60,601 nt of DNA from Luteococcus sp. H101 (GCF_038433155.1 NZ_JBCDMW010000005.1:1-60601), one strand, 5' to 3'; shown: positions 17,704 through 26,858, counted from the stretch's first letter. The notes: generated by a model from the sequence alone, not told the origin. Made by a program: numbers and translations.

Positions 17704-18303
17704 CTACAGCGAGTACTCCCACCCGCCCTCGAAGGTGTCCTGTGTGAGACGCAGCCTTCCATTGGTGTTCTTGACGTCGATGACCACCCACCCCTTGCGG
17801 TGGGTGGCTTTGTCCAGCTGAACGGGCAAGGTCTCGGCCTCGTTCAGGCAGCTGTAGGCGTTGCCGCTGGTGCTGTTCTCCTCGATCCCGTCAGGCCCGA
17901 CCACCGACCACTGGTTGGTGGTGAAGTAGTTCACGTCCTGCTTCAGCAGGGCAGGGGTGGTCTCCACGTCCATGTAGATGCCCACGTAGTGCCCGTTCGC
18001 GGGCTTTTCAGCATAGTCGGTGGTGCACTTGATGTCCTTGACGATCTTGTGGACCGTGAACGTGACGATCTCTTTGCCCTCCGAGGTGGTCATCCCGCCG
18101 GCATCGCCGAGCTTCTTGACCATGTAGCCGTCCGCATTCGTACTCGGCTGGGTTTCGGTCCCCGCGTTGGTCTGTTCCGCCGACGGCACAGGGGCAGTGG
18201 TCGTCGGGGTTGCCGCCGGAGATGGCGCAGGCTGATCCTGCCCACCGCACGCGGATGCAGCCAAGACGACAAGGGTGAGCAAAGCAAATTGGCGGGGCTT
18301 CAT
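17704..18303 (-). CDS. lipoprotein, DUF4352-like
   Basis: MKPRQFALLTLVVLAASAC lipobox. Start at ATG 18303, so the 261-aa ORF is an over-extension. Confidence 0.5.
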   Translation of the reverse strand: MKPRQFALLTLVVLAASACGGQDQPAPSPAATPTTTAPVPSAEQTNAGTETQPSTNADGYMVKKLGDAGGMTTSEGKEIVTFTVHKIVKDIKCTTDYAEKPANGHYVGIYMDVETTPALLKQDVNYFTTNQWSVVGPDGIEENSTSGNAYSCLNEAETLPVQLDKATHRKGWVVIDVKNTNGRLRLTQDTFEGGWEYSL

Positions 18304-18537
18304 GCGGCTGACACCTTCCGGGGTTGATCGTCTCAGTTGGTCACATGACAGCATCTCGGGTCTTGTTGGTCCAGAAGGCTCGCGGACTCGGCTGACGTCA
18401 TTCTGCTCAAAGGGACGGACGCCGGTCACTGAACGCGGCACCGTCATCTCCTTGAGGTCGGTTGAGCATGAACCCGGTGTCGTCCGCACAGGCCACCATC
18501 CACGTGCCCGTGTCGCCTGGACCCAAGCGCGAACAGC

Positions 18538-19683
18538 TCATGAGCGGAAATCCACCCGCGGTACAGGGGCAACGGCATGCCAATGCATGGCGCGGGAAGC
18601 CGCGGCAAGAGGTTCCACGTACGGGTCCTCCTGCCACTCCTCGTGGCTAAGGCGGGGCACTGGCCCGACCACCCGCGGAACCTTGAGGGACGCTGCCCGA
18701 AGGGCGGCGGCTTGGCCGCGGGCCCACAGCACGAACTGGCTGCTCGCCTCTTGCACCCCGTGGGCCACCAGGGCGTCCAGGTAGGCGTCGAGGTCCCGGG
18801 CCTCGGCCCATTTCCGGGCATGGGCCGCCAGGGGCTGCTGCCACAGTGCGTAGTCCAGCTTGGCGGTCACGTTCTCCCAGATCCGGTCTGTTGCCGCCTT
18901 GTTGTCGTCGATCCGCTCACGCTCGGCACCCGTGGCCTGTTCGGCACGCTGCGCTGCTTCCTCGACGAGACGCAGGACCTGCGGGATGTAGTGCTCCAAG
19001 GGCGTGCGCGGCCGCTCCTGGAAGATCTGGGTGCGGCCGCCGTCGCGGACACGGAAGGCAACGATGCCGTTGTCCTGCCACACCGTGTCCGGGGCTGGCC
19101 GGAAGATGCCTCGCTCGTCCGGCGGGGGTGCCTTCATGCGCTTCTGCATGGCCCCGAGGCGGACCGACACCGAACCTTGGCCCAGTTCCAGGACCATGAC
19201 GAGTTCTCCGGCGTAGGCCTGGCCGCCAACGATGGTGCGCTGCTCGGGCTGCGGCCACGGCTTGACGGTCATGCCGTTTGCTTCGGCCGAGACCGCCAGC
19301 TTGTGGACCGCCAGGATCGCCCGTGTCCGGGCAGCATCGTCGTCCGGCAGGCAGACCGGGTTGAGCTGCAGGAGCCGCGCGGCCTCGTGCAGGTCCTCGG
19401 GGGCCACCACTGGCTCGGGCTCGGGCCCTGGCTGGGCACCGGCCTTGTGCCGCGGCTGCTTGGCGCGGCGCTTGTGGGGCGTGGCCCGAAGCTCTTTCAC
19501 GTACCGGCGCCCCGCGGGCGTGACAGTGACCTGGTACCCGCCGGCCTTGCTGACGCTGACCAGCCCGCGGACCTGAAGCGCGCTGACGCTGATCTTCCAC
19601 CCGGGGGTGGGCTCCGGGTCTGGCGACCCGTCGGCCAGCCACAGCAGCACCTTGCGCTGCAGCTCGTTCGGTTCGGTGTGCAT
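18538..19683 (-). CDS. hypothetical protein with N-terminal winged-helix-like segment
   Basis: Start chosen at ATG 19683 (MHTEPNELQRKVLLWLADG) with a ggagagga RBS. The long upstream extension of the 663-aa ORF has no support. Confidence 0.4.
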   Translation of the reverse strand: MHTEPNELQRKVLLWLADGSPDPEPTPGWKISVSALQVRGLVSVSKAGGYQVTVTPAGRRYVKELRATPHKRRAKQPRHKAGAQPGPEPEPVVAPEDLHEAARLLQLNPVCLPDDDAARTRAILAVHKLAVSAEANGMTVKPWPQPEQRTIVGGQAYAGELVMVLELGQGSVSVRLGAMQKRMKAPPPDERGIFRPAPDTVWQDNGIVAFRVRDGGRTQIFQERPRTPLEHYIPQVLRLVEEAAQRAEQATGAERERIDDNKAATDRIWENVTAKLDYALWQQPLAAHARKWAEARDLDAYLDALVAHGVQEASSQFVLWARGQAAALRAASLKVPRVVGPVPRLSHEEWQEDPYVEPLAAASRAMHWHAVAPVPRVDFRS

Positions 19684-20052
19684 GGTGGTGGTCCTCTCCC
19701 CGGCCTGTCCTGGTCGAGAGGCTACGTCGAGCCCTGGCCCCAGCGGAAGGCCTGATGGCCTTCTGGCTTGCTGTTTCACCTCATAACCAAAACCCCAATC
19801 AGGGCAGGTTTCCCGCCGTTCGGCCGGATGTTGAACCACGGCGCAATGCGGTGCATCAACTCGCATGCACTCGAGTGGACCACGGGCCGCGCGCCGTCCC
19901 ATGCAGGGGTTTGAAGGGCCGAAAAAGCGGCTCTTCTCACGCAAAACCGCTCCATCCCACAACAGATGGTTCAATCCGGGCCACCTGGGGGCCGTATGGG
20001 TGCGGTTGCGTGACCCAACTGAGCCGAGACCTCGGCAGAGAGAAACATCGAG

Positions 20053-20562
20053 ATGACCAGCAACACGACCGGTTGGGGCAAGAACACCCAACCCCACTCC
20101 CGTGGTCACTTGGACCACATTGAGCGTGAACTGGGCCTGGGGGTTGCCAATACGGTGCACCGCCCTGACGGCCTCGCGTACCAGGCCCGGCGGGAGGGAG
20201 ACCATCCCGTTCCCTCCGTGGCCGAACTGGCGGCACGCATCGACGGGGCCCTCAACAACCTGAACAACCTGTGGCTCGTGGCCGACGAGCTGCAGAGCCA
20301 GTTCCTGGAGGTCCAGGACGTTGTCAACGGCTTCTTGAAGCACGGCGCACCGCCCCCTCCGGAGGTCACGGTGTTCACCGTCAAGCAGGCCTGCACCCAT
20401 CTGGGAGTGAGCAGGACGACACTCACCAGGCTGCGCAAGCAAGGGCTGCCGTGCTTCACGCTGGGGGAGGGCACCGCTGCGCGCCCGCGCTTCCGGCGAG
20501 ACGAGCTGGACGCCTGGATCGCCAAGCACCAGCCGCGTCGCACGATCGGTGGCCAGCGATGA
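20053..20562 (+). CDS. xis: excisionase/MerR-type HTH protein (Xis-like)
   Basis: C-terminal FTVKQACTHLGVSRTTLTRLRKQGLPCFTLGEGTAARPRFRRDELDAWI. Its stop overlaps (ATGA) the integrase start. Confidence 0.5.
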   Translation: MTSNTTGWGKNTQPHSRGHLDHIERELGLGVANTVHRPDGLAYQARREGDHPVPSVAELAARIDGALNNLNNLWLVADELQSQFLEVQDVVNGFLKHGAPPPPEVTVFTVKQACTHLGVSRTTLTRLRKQGLPCFTLGEGTAARPRFRRDELDAWIAKHQPRRTIGGQR

Positions 20563-21803
20563 AGCGCGCGAAGGCGAAGGCTGGCGAGATCATCCCCCGG
20601 TTGCAGCAGGACGGCCGCTGGCGCACCAAGGTGACCATCGGCACCGACCCGCTCACCGGCAAGCCGCGCAGGCGTGACGTCTACGGCGCCACCTCCGAGG
20701 AATGCGCCCTCAAGGCCCGCAAGCTCCTGGACCGTGTCACGCACCACGGCATGAACTCCGTGCCCCGTGGCCGCGACCTCACCGTGTCGCAGTGGATCGA
20801 CCAGTGGCTGCTGGCCAGTCGCGAGACGCAGGTTCTGCGACCCAACACCCTGTCCGGGTACGAGTCGATGTGCCGGATCCACATCGTCCCCATGATCGGC
20901 AACATCCCGCTCAACAAGCTCAGCACGCAGGATGTCCACCTGATGCTGACCGCCACTGACTCCGAAGGCAATCCGGCGATGTCCGCGGCGATGCGCCGGC
21001 ACGCGCACAAGGTGCTGTCGGCTGCGCTGGCCGAGGCCGAGCGCTACGGCCACGTCGACACCAACGTCGCCAAGCTGGTCCGCACGAAGCGGCCCCGGGA
21101 GCCCGAGGTGGTGCCACTGTCCGTCGGCCAGGTCCGGCAGGTCCTCTCGCTGGCCCGGTCGCGGGACGAGGCCGCCCGCTGGCAACTGGCACTCGTCCTG
21201 GGCTTGCGCCAGAGCGAGGCCTTGGGCTTGCGGTGGCAGGACATCGACCTGGACAAGGGCCTGATGCACGTCTCTCGCCAGCTGAACCGGCGCAGGTGGC
21301 AGCACGGCTGCGACGTCGAGCACGACTGCCCAGGCACCCCCTCGACGTGCCCGCAGGCCCGTCGCCTCGATGAGCTGGCCGAAACCAAGACCGACCGGAG
21401 CGTGCGCACCATCACCTTGCCGGAAGGCGTGGTGGCAGACCTGCGGCGCCAGCGCAAGGTGCAGGACCGCCAGCGACGCCGCGCCAAGGACCGGTGGGTG
21501 GAGAAGGACTTCGTGTTCACCGGCCGGTACGGCAACCCGGTCAGCCAGCGCGTCGACCAGCTGGCATGGCGTGACCTGCTGGTGGACGCGGGCGTGCCGC
21601 ACATCCGCCTGCACGATGCCCGACACACGGCAGCGACACTGCTGGTGGCGCTGGGCACCCCGCACGTGACCATCATGGAGGTCATGGGCTGGTCGCACCT
21701 GGGCATGATCACGCGCTACACGCACCGCGTCGACGACATGCACCGCCGCGCGGCAGACGGCATGCAGCGGCTCCTCGAAGGGGAGATCTCGCGCTCGCTG
21801 TGA
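20559..21803 (+). CDS. int: tyrosine-type site-specific integrase
   Basis: SAM-like N-terminal region. Catalytic region with RLHDARHTAATLL (HxxR) and MITRYTHR (Tyr). Confidence 0.85.
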   Translation: MKRAKAKAGEIIPRLQQDGRWRTKVTIGTDPLTGKPRRRDVYGATSEECALKARKLLDRVTHHGMNSVPRGRDLTVSQWIDQWLLASRETQVLRPNTLSGYESMCRIHIVPMIGNIPLNKLSTQDVHLMLTATDSEGNPAMSAAMRRHAHKVLSAALAEAERYGHVDTNVAKLVRTKRPREPEVVPLSVGQVRQVLSLARSRDEAARWQLALVLGLRQSEALGLRWQDIDLDKGLMHVSRQLNRRRWQHGCDVEHDCPGTPSTCPQARRLDELAETKTDRSVRTITLPEGVVADLRRQRKVQDRQRRRAKDRWVEKDFVFTGRYGNPVSQRVDQLAWRDLLVDAGVPHIRLHDARHTAATLLVALGTPHVTIMEVMGWSHLGMITRYTHRVDDMHRRAADGMQRLLEGEISRSL

Positions 21804-21827
21804 AATGTCGCCGCATGGCACAAGGTC

Positions 21828-21990
21828 ATGAGCGACATTCGGAGCGGCAAGGACCCGCGCAAGGCTGTTGACGACTGGATCGCGGACTTCGTGGCCCGCG
21901 GCCCGCAGGACCTCCCGGAACCTGCGGGCCGCATCCTGCGGCGCGCGGTGGCCGAGGCTAAGCAGAAGCGGGGCCGTCGTGCGGCGTGAG
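21828..21990 (+). CDS. possible small basic ORF (53 aa, below ORF-track cutoff)
   Basis: ATG at 21828 reads MSDIRSGKDPRKAVDDWIADFVARGPQDL... to a stop at 21990. Weak support. Confidence 0.15.
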
Positions 21991-22012
21991 GCGAAGAGCA
22001 TCCACACCAAAA

Positions 22013-22072
22013 GATGCAAGCAGTGAAGAGCAATGCTTGCATCCCCGACACTGTCTACGCATGAAATGCAAG
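22013..22072. promoter_or_regulatory. 10-bp perfect inverted repeat GATGCAAGCA-N11-TGCTTGCATC plus a third ATGCAAGCAT copy, upstream of the P63C/Bro-like gene and downstream of int
   Basis: Read at 22013-22043 and 22063-22072. Operator-like, or an attP remnant of a nested element. Confidence 0.35.
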
Positions 22073-22084
22073 CATGGAGGATCA

Positions 22085-23065
22085 ATGCGTGCTCAAGCAG
22101 GGGAAGAGCAACAGGCCGTGACAGGCCGGAGGAAGGGCGGGGTAGCCAGGGCGCGAAGCCTTACCCCCGAACGACGAACACAGATCAGCAGGGAGGCCGC
22201 CAAAGCGCGGTGGGACATGAAGGAGGCTGTCTGCGGCTCAGCCGAACGGCCCCTCGCGATTGGGCCCGCGAAGGTGGAGTGCTACGTCCTTGAAGACGGC
22301 ATCCGGGTACTGACCCAGGCGACCTTTCTTGAAGCGCTGGGCCGGCATCGCAAGGCGAACACGCGACGCGAGGATTCAGGCCTTCCACCGGTGTTGCAGG
22401 GGCAGGCGATCCGGCCTTTCATTCCCGAGCGAGCCTTCGAAATCGCAGGCACAGTCACCTTCAGGCTTCCCACGGGAGGTCGTGCCAGCGGTTATAACGC
22501 GGAGCTGCTCCCGCTCGTCTGTGAGGCGTACCTGGCCGCGCGAGAGGCCGGCAAGCTTCCCTACAACCAGTTGCACGTCGCCCAGCAGGCGGAAGTGCTG
22601 ATTCGTGCCCTGGCCAAGGTCGGCATCATCGCCCTAGTGGACGAAGCCACTGGGTACCAAGAGGTCAGGGAACGTAACGCGCTGGCACGCATCCTCGAGG
22701 AGTACGTAGCAAGCGAGCTCCAGCCATGGGTCCCTACGTTTCCCGATGACTTCTACCGGGAAATGTTCCGCCTGCGTGGTCATGGCCGCCCCGAGTCGCT
22801 GTCCAGGAGACCCAGCTACTTCGGCAACTTGACCAACGACATCGTGTACGAGCGCCTGGCGCCGGGGGTGCTGGACGAACTGAAGCGGTCAACACCCCGC
22901 TCATCAGCCGGGCGGCGTATCCGTAAGTTTCATCAAGGCCTGACTCCGGACAAGGGACACCCCAAGCTCCGGGAGCACCTCTCCTCGGTCGTGACCATCA
23001 TGAAACTCAGCGACTCTTGGGACGACTTCACGACGAAGTTGGATCACATCCACCCCAAATTCTGA
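22085..23065 (+). CDS. phage-associated protein, Bro-N/KilA-N or P63C-like
   Basis: GGAGG RBS before ATG 22085. N-terminal KVECYVLEDGIRVLTQATFLEALG resembles Bro-N/KilA-N-type DNA-binding domains. Confidence 0.4.
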   Translation: MRAQAGEEQQAVTGRRKGGVARARSLTPERRTQISREAAKARWDMKEAVCGSAERPLAIGPAKVECYVLEDGIRVLTQATFLEALGRHRKANTRREDSGLPPVLQGQAIRPFIPERAFEIAGTVTFRLPTGGRASGYNAELLPLVCEAYLAAREAGKLPYNQLHVAQQAEVLIRALAKVGIIALVDEATGYQEVRERNALARILEEYVASELQPWVPTFPDDFYREMFRLRGHGRPESLSRRPSYFGNLTNDIVYERLAPGVLDELKRSTPRSSAGRRIRKFHQGLTPDKGHPKLREHLSSVVTIMKLSDSWDDFTTKLDHIHPKF

Positions 23066-23135
23066 GCAGTGTCAATCGTGCCGTCCGAACAGAGTGGCCC
23101 AGTCGGCCTGCGACTCGGAGGGGCCGAGGATCTCC

Positions 23136-24575
23136 TCACATTCGAGGCGTCTTCCATTGCAGTTCCAGGGAGTCAGGGTTGAGGATCCGCTGGCGCCAGT
23201 CCAGGTAGGTGGCCTCCTTGGTGCGGGCGGGCCTGATCTTGACGACGAGCAGGGCGTCGATGACGTTGCGCCGCTCGTCCTCGTCCAGGTCCTCCCACAC
23301 GAGTGCCGGGTCGGTGGCCTGCTGCAGCTTCGCCAGGGCGGGGGAGCCGAGGGCTGGCAGCTGTGCCTCCAGGGCCTCCAGCTGGCCTGCCAGGCGCTGC
23401 TGGCCGGATTTCAGCTGCTGCAGCGTGATGTCGCCGTCGGTGAAGGCCTGCACGAGGCCGTCGCGGCGCTGGTTGACCTGGGCCATCTGTTCCCGGATGG
23501 CGGCGGTGTCGGCCTGCTGGCCGCTGGGTGCCAGCTGGTCCAGCACGTGCGGCTGGGCGAGGTACTGCAGGACGATGCGGGTGACGAAGTCGTCGATCGG
23601 GGCTGCTTCCCGGTAGGCATGGCCGCCCTTGCTGGAGCACCGGTAGCGGCGCCGCCCGTTGCGGGTGCCGCCGGAGTGGATGACGGCGTCGCACACAGCG
23701 CACCTGGCCACGCCTGACAGCAGCCCACGGGACTGCGCAGGCCACTTGCGTTCCGGGTTGTTCAGGATGGCCTGGACGGCCTGCCAGGTGTCCAGGTCGA
23801 CGACCGGTGGCCATTCGCCGCGCACCGGGTTGCCGTCGGCATCGGTGAGCACCTGGCGCTGGTAGGAGCGGATACCGGCCAGGCGGGTGGTGCGCAGGGT
23901 GAGGCCGACGATGCTGCCGGTCCACGGGTTGCCTGCCTGTGGCGTGACCAGGCCTTGCGCGTTCCAGGCGCGGGCAATTCCTGCCAGTGAGCCGCCATCC
24001 AGAATGGTCTGGTAGGCGCGGCGGATGGCCTCGGCCTCGGTCTCGCGGATGGTCAGCCCGTCGGGTTCGTACCCGAAGCAGCGCCGGGTGCCGAAATGCC
24101 TGCCTTGCAGCGCGCGTTGCAGGTTGGCGCGCTTCTGCCGCTCGCCTTTCTGCTCGGACTCGTACTGGGCGACCGCGGCGAGCTGGCGGGCCACCATGCG
24201 CCCGGACGGGGTGGCCAGGTCGAGGGGGCCAGCCATGCACGCGATGGTGGGCACCGAGCGCGGCTGGCAGACGGCGATGTAGCCCTCGAGGTCGGTGGTG
24301 CGCCGGTACAGCCGGTCGGTGTGCCAGACGAGGACGACGTCGACCTGCCCGTCCTCGATGGCTTTGAGCAAGGCCTTGTAGCCGGGCCGGGGCGTGGAGC
24401 TGTAGGCGGAGGTGTCGTTGTCGCTGTAGACGGCCACGACGTCATGGCCGAGTTCAGCGGCTTTGGCGCGGCAGTCCTCCTCCTGCCTAGTGACGCCGGC
24501 CTTCTCGCCGGTGGGGTCACGGCTGATGCGCGTGTAGATCGCCGCTTTGCCCATGTAGGAAGGATATGCCAGCAT
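23136..24575 (-). CDS. large serine recombinase (resolvase N-terminal domain, recombinase domain, zinc ribbon, coiled-coil)
   Basis: AAIYTRISRD...GVTRQ catalytic N-terminus, the Cys cluster CAVCDAVIH...RYRCSS, and a C-terminal coiled coil. The start (ATG 24575 or 24554) abuts attR. Confidence 0.85.
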   Translation of the reverse strand: MLAYPSYMGKAAIYTRISRDPTGEKAGVTRQEEDCRAKAAELGHDVVAVYSDNDTSAYSSTPRPGYKALLKAIEDGQVDVVLVWHTDRLYRRTTDLEGYIAVCQPRSVPTIACMAGPLDLATPSGRMVARQLAAVAQYESEQKGERQKRANLQRALQGRHFGTRRCFGYEPDGLTIRETEAEAIRRAYQTILDGGSLAGIARAWNAQGLVTPQAGNPWTGSIVGLTLRTTRLAGIRSYQRQVLTDADGNPVRGEWPPVVDLDTWQAVQAILNNPERKWPAQSRGLLSGVARCAVCDAVIHSGGTRNGRRRYRCSSKGGHAYREAAPIDDFVTRIVLQYLAQPHVLDQLAPSGQQADTAAIREQMAQVNQRRDGLVQAFTDGDITLQQLKSGQQRLAGQLEALEAQLPALGSPALAKLQQATDPALVWEDLDEDERRNVIDALLVVKIRPARTKEATYLDWRQRILNPDSLELQWKTPRM

Positions 24576-24584
24576 GCCATGTTG

Positions 24585-24625
24585 GACATAGGTTCCAAAT
24601 GCAAGTGGGGGCGGGCAGCCTCAGT
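24585..24625. other. attR junction (element arm aggttccaaatgcaagtg / GG core ~24608-24609 / host tadA arm ggcgggcagcctcagt)
   Basis: The element arm is the imperfect reverse complement of the arm at attL. Host coding sequence resumes in frame as ...GAGSLSTTH. Confidence 0.6.
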
Positions 24626-24964
24626 ACCACCCACTCCCATTCCGCCTCCTCGACGATGGACCGGCTGGCCTCGCGGGTGGCGCAGGGCGGGGTGGTCAGC
24701 ATCGACGAGGCCTATCGCCAGATTGCGCACAACATCCACCTGCTGGTGCACGTGCGGCTGGTGGACGACACCTGGCGGGGCGGCACCAGGAGCCGCCACG
24801 TCTCGGAGGTGCGGTTGCTGACCGGCGCGCTGGAGGCTGGCCGGCCGGTCACCCACCTGATCTACCAGGCCGCCACCGCCAGCCAGCCCGCCGTCTGGCA
24901 TCCCGACCCGGCGCTGGCCGACGAGCTGGCCGAATTCGCCGGTGCCTTCGAGAAGGCGACGTGA
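24608..24964 (+). pseudogene. tadA: tadA/cpaF 3' portion (C-terminal ~118 codons)
   Basis: GSLSTTHSHSASSTMDRLASRVAQGGVVSIDEAYRQIAHNIHLLVHVRLVDD... matches the CpaF C-terminal region. Its frame is continuous with the 5' portion once the element is removed. Confidence 0.8.
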
Positions 24965-25848
24965 ACCCGGTGATCGCGGGGCTGTCCGCCTTCTGTCTGG
25001 TGGCCGGGCTGCTGTTGGCCGTCGACGGTCTGCGCAGGCGGCCCAGGGCCTTGTCCACAGGGAATTCCACACCCCTGTGGACAACTGTGGACAACTGGTG
25101 GGTCGGCTGCTCCCGGACCCGTCGGATCCACCTGTTGGGAACCCTTGCCGGGGCCGTGGTGGCCTTCCTGGTCACCGGCTGGGCACTGCTGCTGGTGGCC
25201 GTCCCGCTGGTGGTGATCGGTCTACCGGCCCTGCTGTCCGAGCCGAGCAACCGGGACCTCGTGATCCTGGAGGCCCTGGACCGCTGGGTTCGGGGGCTGG
25301 CGGCGTCGCTACCCACCGGGAAGTCCGTCACCGACGCGATCCGGGCCACCGCACCCCAGGCCCCCGAGCAGATCCGGGGCCCGGTCCAGGTGATGGTGGC
25401 GCGCCTGGATGCCCGGTGGACCACCAGGGAGTCGCTGGTGGCCCTGGCCGATGACTTGGACAGCGCGGACGCGGACGCGGTGCTGGCGTCGCTGATCCTG
25501 GCGGCGGAACGGGGCGGCGTCGGGGCCACCGCGATCCTCACCGAACTGGCCGAATCCATCCAGGCGCGGCTGCGGGCATTGCGGGAGATCGAGGCGGAGC
25601 GGGCCAAACCACGCGTCGTGGTGCGCCAGGTGACGATGATCAGCCTGGTGGCGATCACCCTGGCCCTGCTGCTGCAGCCGTCCTTCTTCCGGGCCTACCG
25701 CACGCCGATCGGTCAGGTCCTGATGCTCGGCCAGCTGCTGGCCTACGCCGGGTCCCTGTTGGCGATGCGCCGGATGACCATTCCGCGGCGTCGGGAGCGA
25801 ATCATCCGACGCCGCCCCACCCAGCCCCTGGGGGTGGCCGATGCGTGA
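24961..25848 (+). CDS. tadB: Flp pilus assembly protein TadB (T2SS F-type membrane protein)
   Basis: GTG start overlaps the tadA stop. Polytopic membrane protein in the tad cluster position. Confidence 0.7.
   Translation: MNPVIAGLSAFCLVAGLLLAVDGLRRRPRALSTGNSTPLWTTVDNWWVGCSRTRRIHLLGTLAGAVVAFLVTGWALLLVAVPLVVIGLPALLSEPSNRDLVILEALDRWVRGLAASLPTGKSVTDAIRATAPQAPEQIRGPVQVMVARLDARWTTRESLVALADDLDSADADAVLASLILAAERGGVGATAILTELAESIQARLRALREIEAERAKPRVVVRQVTMISLVAITLALLLQPSFFRAYRTPIGQVLMLGQLLAYAGSLLAMRRMTIPRRRERIIRRRPTQPLGVADA
25051..25094. promoter_or_regulatory. TTGTCCACAGG ... CCTGTGGACAA CTGTGGACAA cluster inside the 5' coding region of tadB
   Basis: Read directly from the sequence. Same half-site as at 1877-1929 and 26783-26813. 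Confidence 0.45.
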
Positions 25849-26764
25849 CCCGATCCTGCTGTGGGTGGTGGCCAGCGGAATCCTGGTGGCCACCGGGCTC
25901 TTCCTGGCGATCACCGGGGTGCGGGGCCGCACGGTCCGGCTGGCCGACGCCCTGGACCTGCTCTCGAGTGGGGCGGTGCCCGACGGCCCGGGGCCATCGT
26001 CGGTGCGCAACGAGCCGGCGGGCAGCGACGGTGACCTGGCCAGCCGGCTGGGAGCCTGGGCCTTCACCCGGCTGCATCTGCCCTTGTCGGACCGCAACCG
26101 ACGGGCGCTTGGCCTGCGAGGCCGCTCCATCGGGGACTTCTTTGCCGAGAAGCTGATCCTGTTCACGGTGGGGCTGGTCAGCCCGCTGATGTTCACCGCC
26201 GTGCTGCAGGGTTTCGGCCGGCTGGTCACACCGGTGCCCATGGCCGCGAGCCTGGGACTGGCCGCGTTGGGCTGGTTCTGGCCGGAGATCGGCCTGCGCC
26301 GCTCGGACCGGACGCTGCGCGCCGACGCGGGCGAGGCCCTGTTCACCTTCTTCGACCTGGTCACCCTGGAGCGGCTGGCCAATGCCTCGGCCGCGCAGGC
26401 CATGATGTCGGCCGCCAGCCTGTCCGACGTGCCGCTCTTCCTGCGGCTGCGCACCGCCCTGGAGCGGGCCCGGCTGGAGCAGCGGCCACCCTGGCAGGAA
26501 CTGCACCGGCTGGCGCAGGAACTTGAGGTTCCCGAAATCGCGGACATCGCCGACGTGATGCGGCTGGACGAGCAGGGCGCCGCGCTCTCCGAGACGTTGC
26601 GCGCCCGGGTGCGGGAGTTGCGCGACGCCCACCTGTTGGCCGAGAAGCTCGCCGCGCACCAGGTCTCGGAGCGAATGACCTTATGGATGGTTATTCCGTC
26701 GATGATCTTCGGTCTGGTCTTCCTCACCCCGCCGGTCCTGAAGCTGCTCGGGGTGGCCCCGTGA
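25841..26764 (+). CDS. tadC: Flp pilus assembly protein TadC
   Basis: Overlaps the tadB stop. Membrane protein with T2SS-F-like organisation. Confidence 0.65.
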   Translation: MRDPILLWVVASGILVATGLFLAITGVRGRTVRLADALDLLSSGAVPDGPGPSSVRNEPAGSDGDLASRLGAWAFTRLHLPLSDRNRRALGLRGRSIGDFFAEKLILFTVGLVSPLMFTAVLQGFGRLVTPVPMAASLGLAALGWFWPEIGLRRSDRTLRADAGEALFTFFDLVTLERLANASAAQAMMSAASLSDVPLFLRLRTALERARLEQRPPWQELHRLAQELEVPEIADIADVMRLDEQGAALSETLRARVRELRDAHLLAEKLAAHQVSERMTLWMVIPSMIFGLVFLTPPVLKLLGVAP

Positions 26765-26782
26765 GCAGCCCAACCCCCAAGT

Positions 26783-26813
26783 TTTCCACAGGTTTGCATG
26801 GGCCTGTGGATGA
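26783..26813. promoter_or_regulatory. TTTTCCACAGG-N10-CCTGTGGATGA inverted repeat upstream of the flp pilin gene
   Basis: Read directly from the sequence. ~45 bp upstream of the flp RBS. Confidence 0.45.
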
Positions 26814-26858
26814 GTGACACGCCGTGCACATACTGCTGATGAGACGAAAGGAAGTCCG

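Larger units (their letters stand above)
4574..24607. mobile_element. ~20 kb integrative element (defence island) inserted in tadA; large serine recombinase at right end, tyrosine integrase/xis internal
   Basis: The tadA ORF is split, and inverted-repeat arms flank a GG core at both junctions. The recombinase gene start lies ~30 bp from attR. The cargo consists of restriction and abortive-infection-like genes with locally lower GC. No phage structural genes are present. Confidence 0.8.

Noticed and set aside
18538-20529. Full 663-aa extent of the minus-strand ORF upstream of xis
   Set aside because: Only the C-terminal 381 codons (from ATG 19683, with RBS) look like a gene. The upstream 280 codons run through the xis-proximal intergenic region with no support.
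20106-22085. 659-aa minus-strand ORF covering the integrase locus
   Set aside because: Antisense to the tyrosine integrase, which has clear catalytic motifs. Low-complexity Arg/Ala-rich product.
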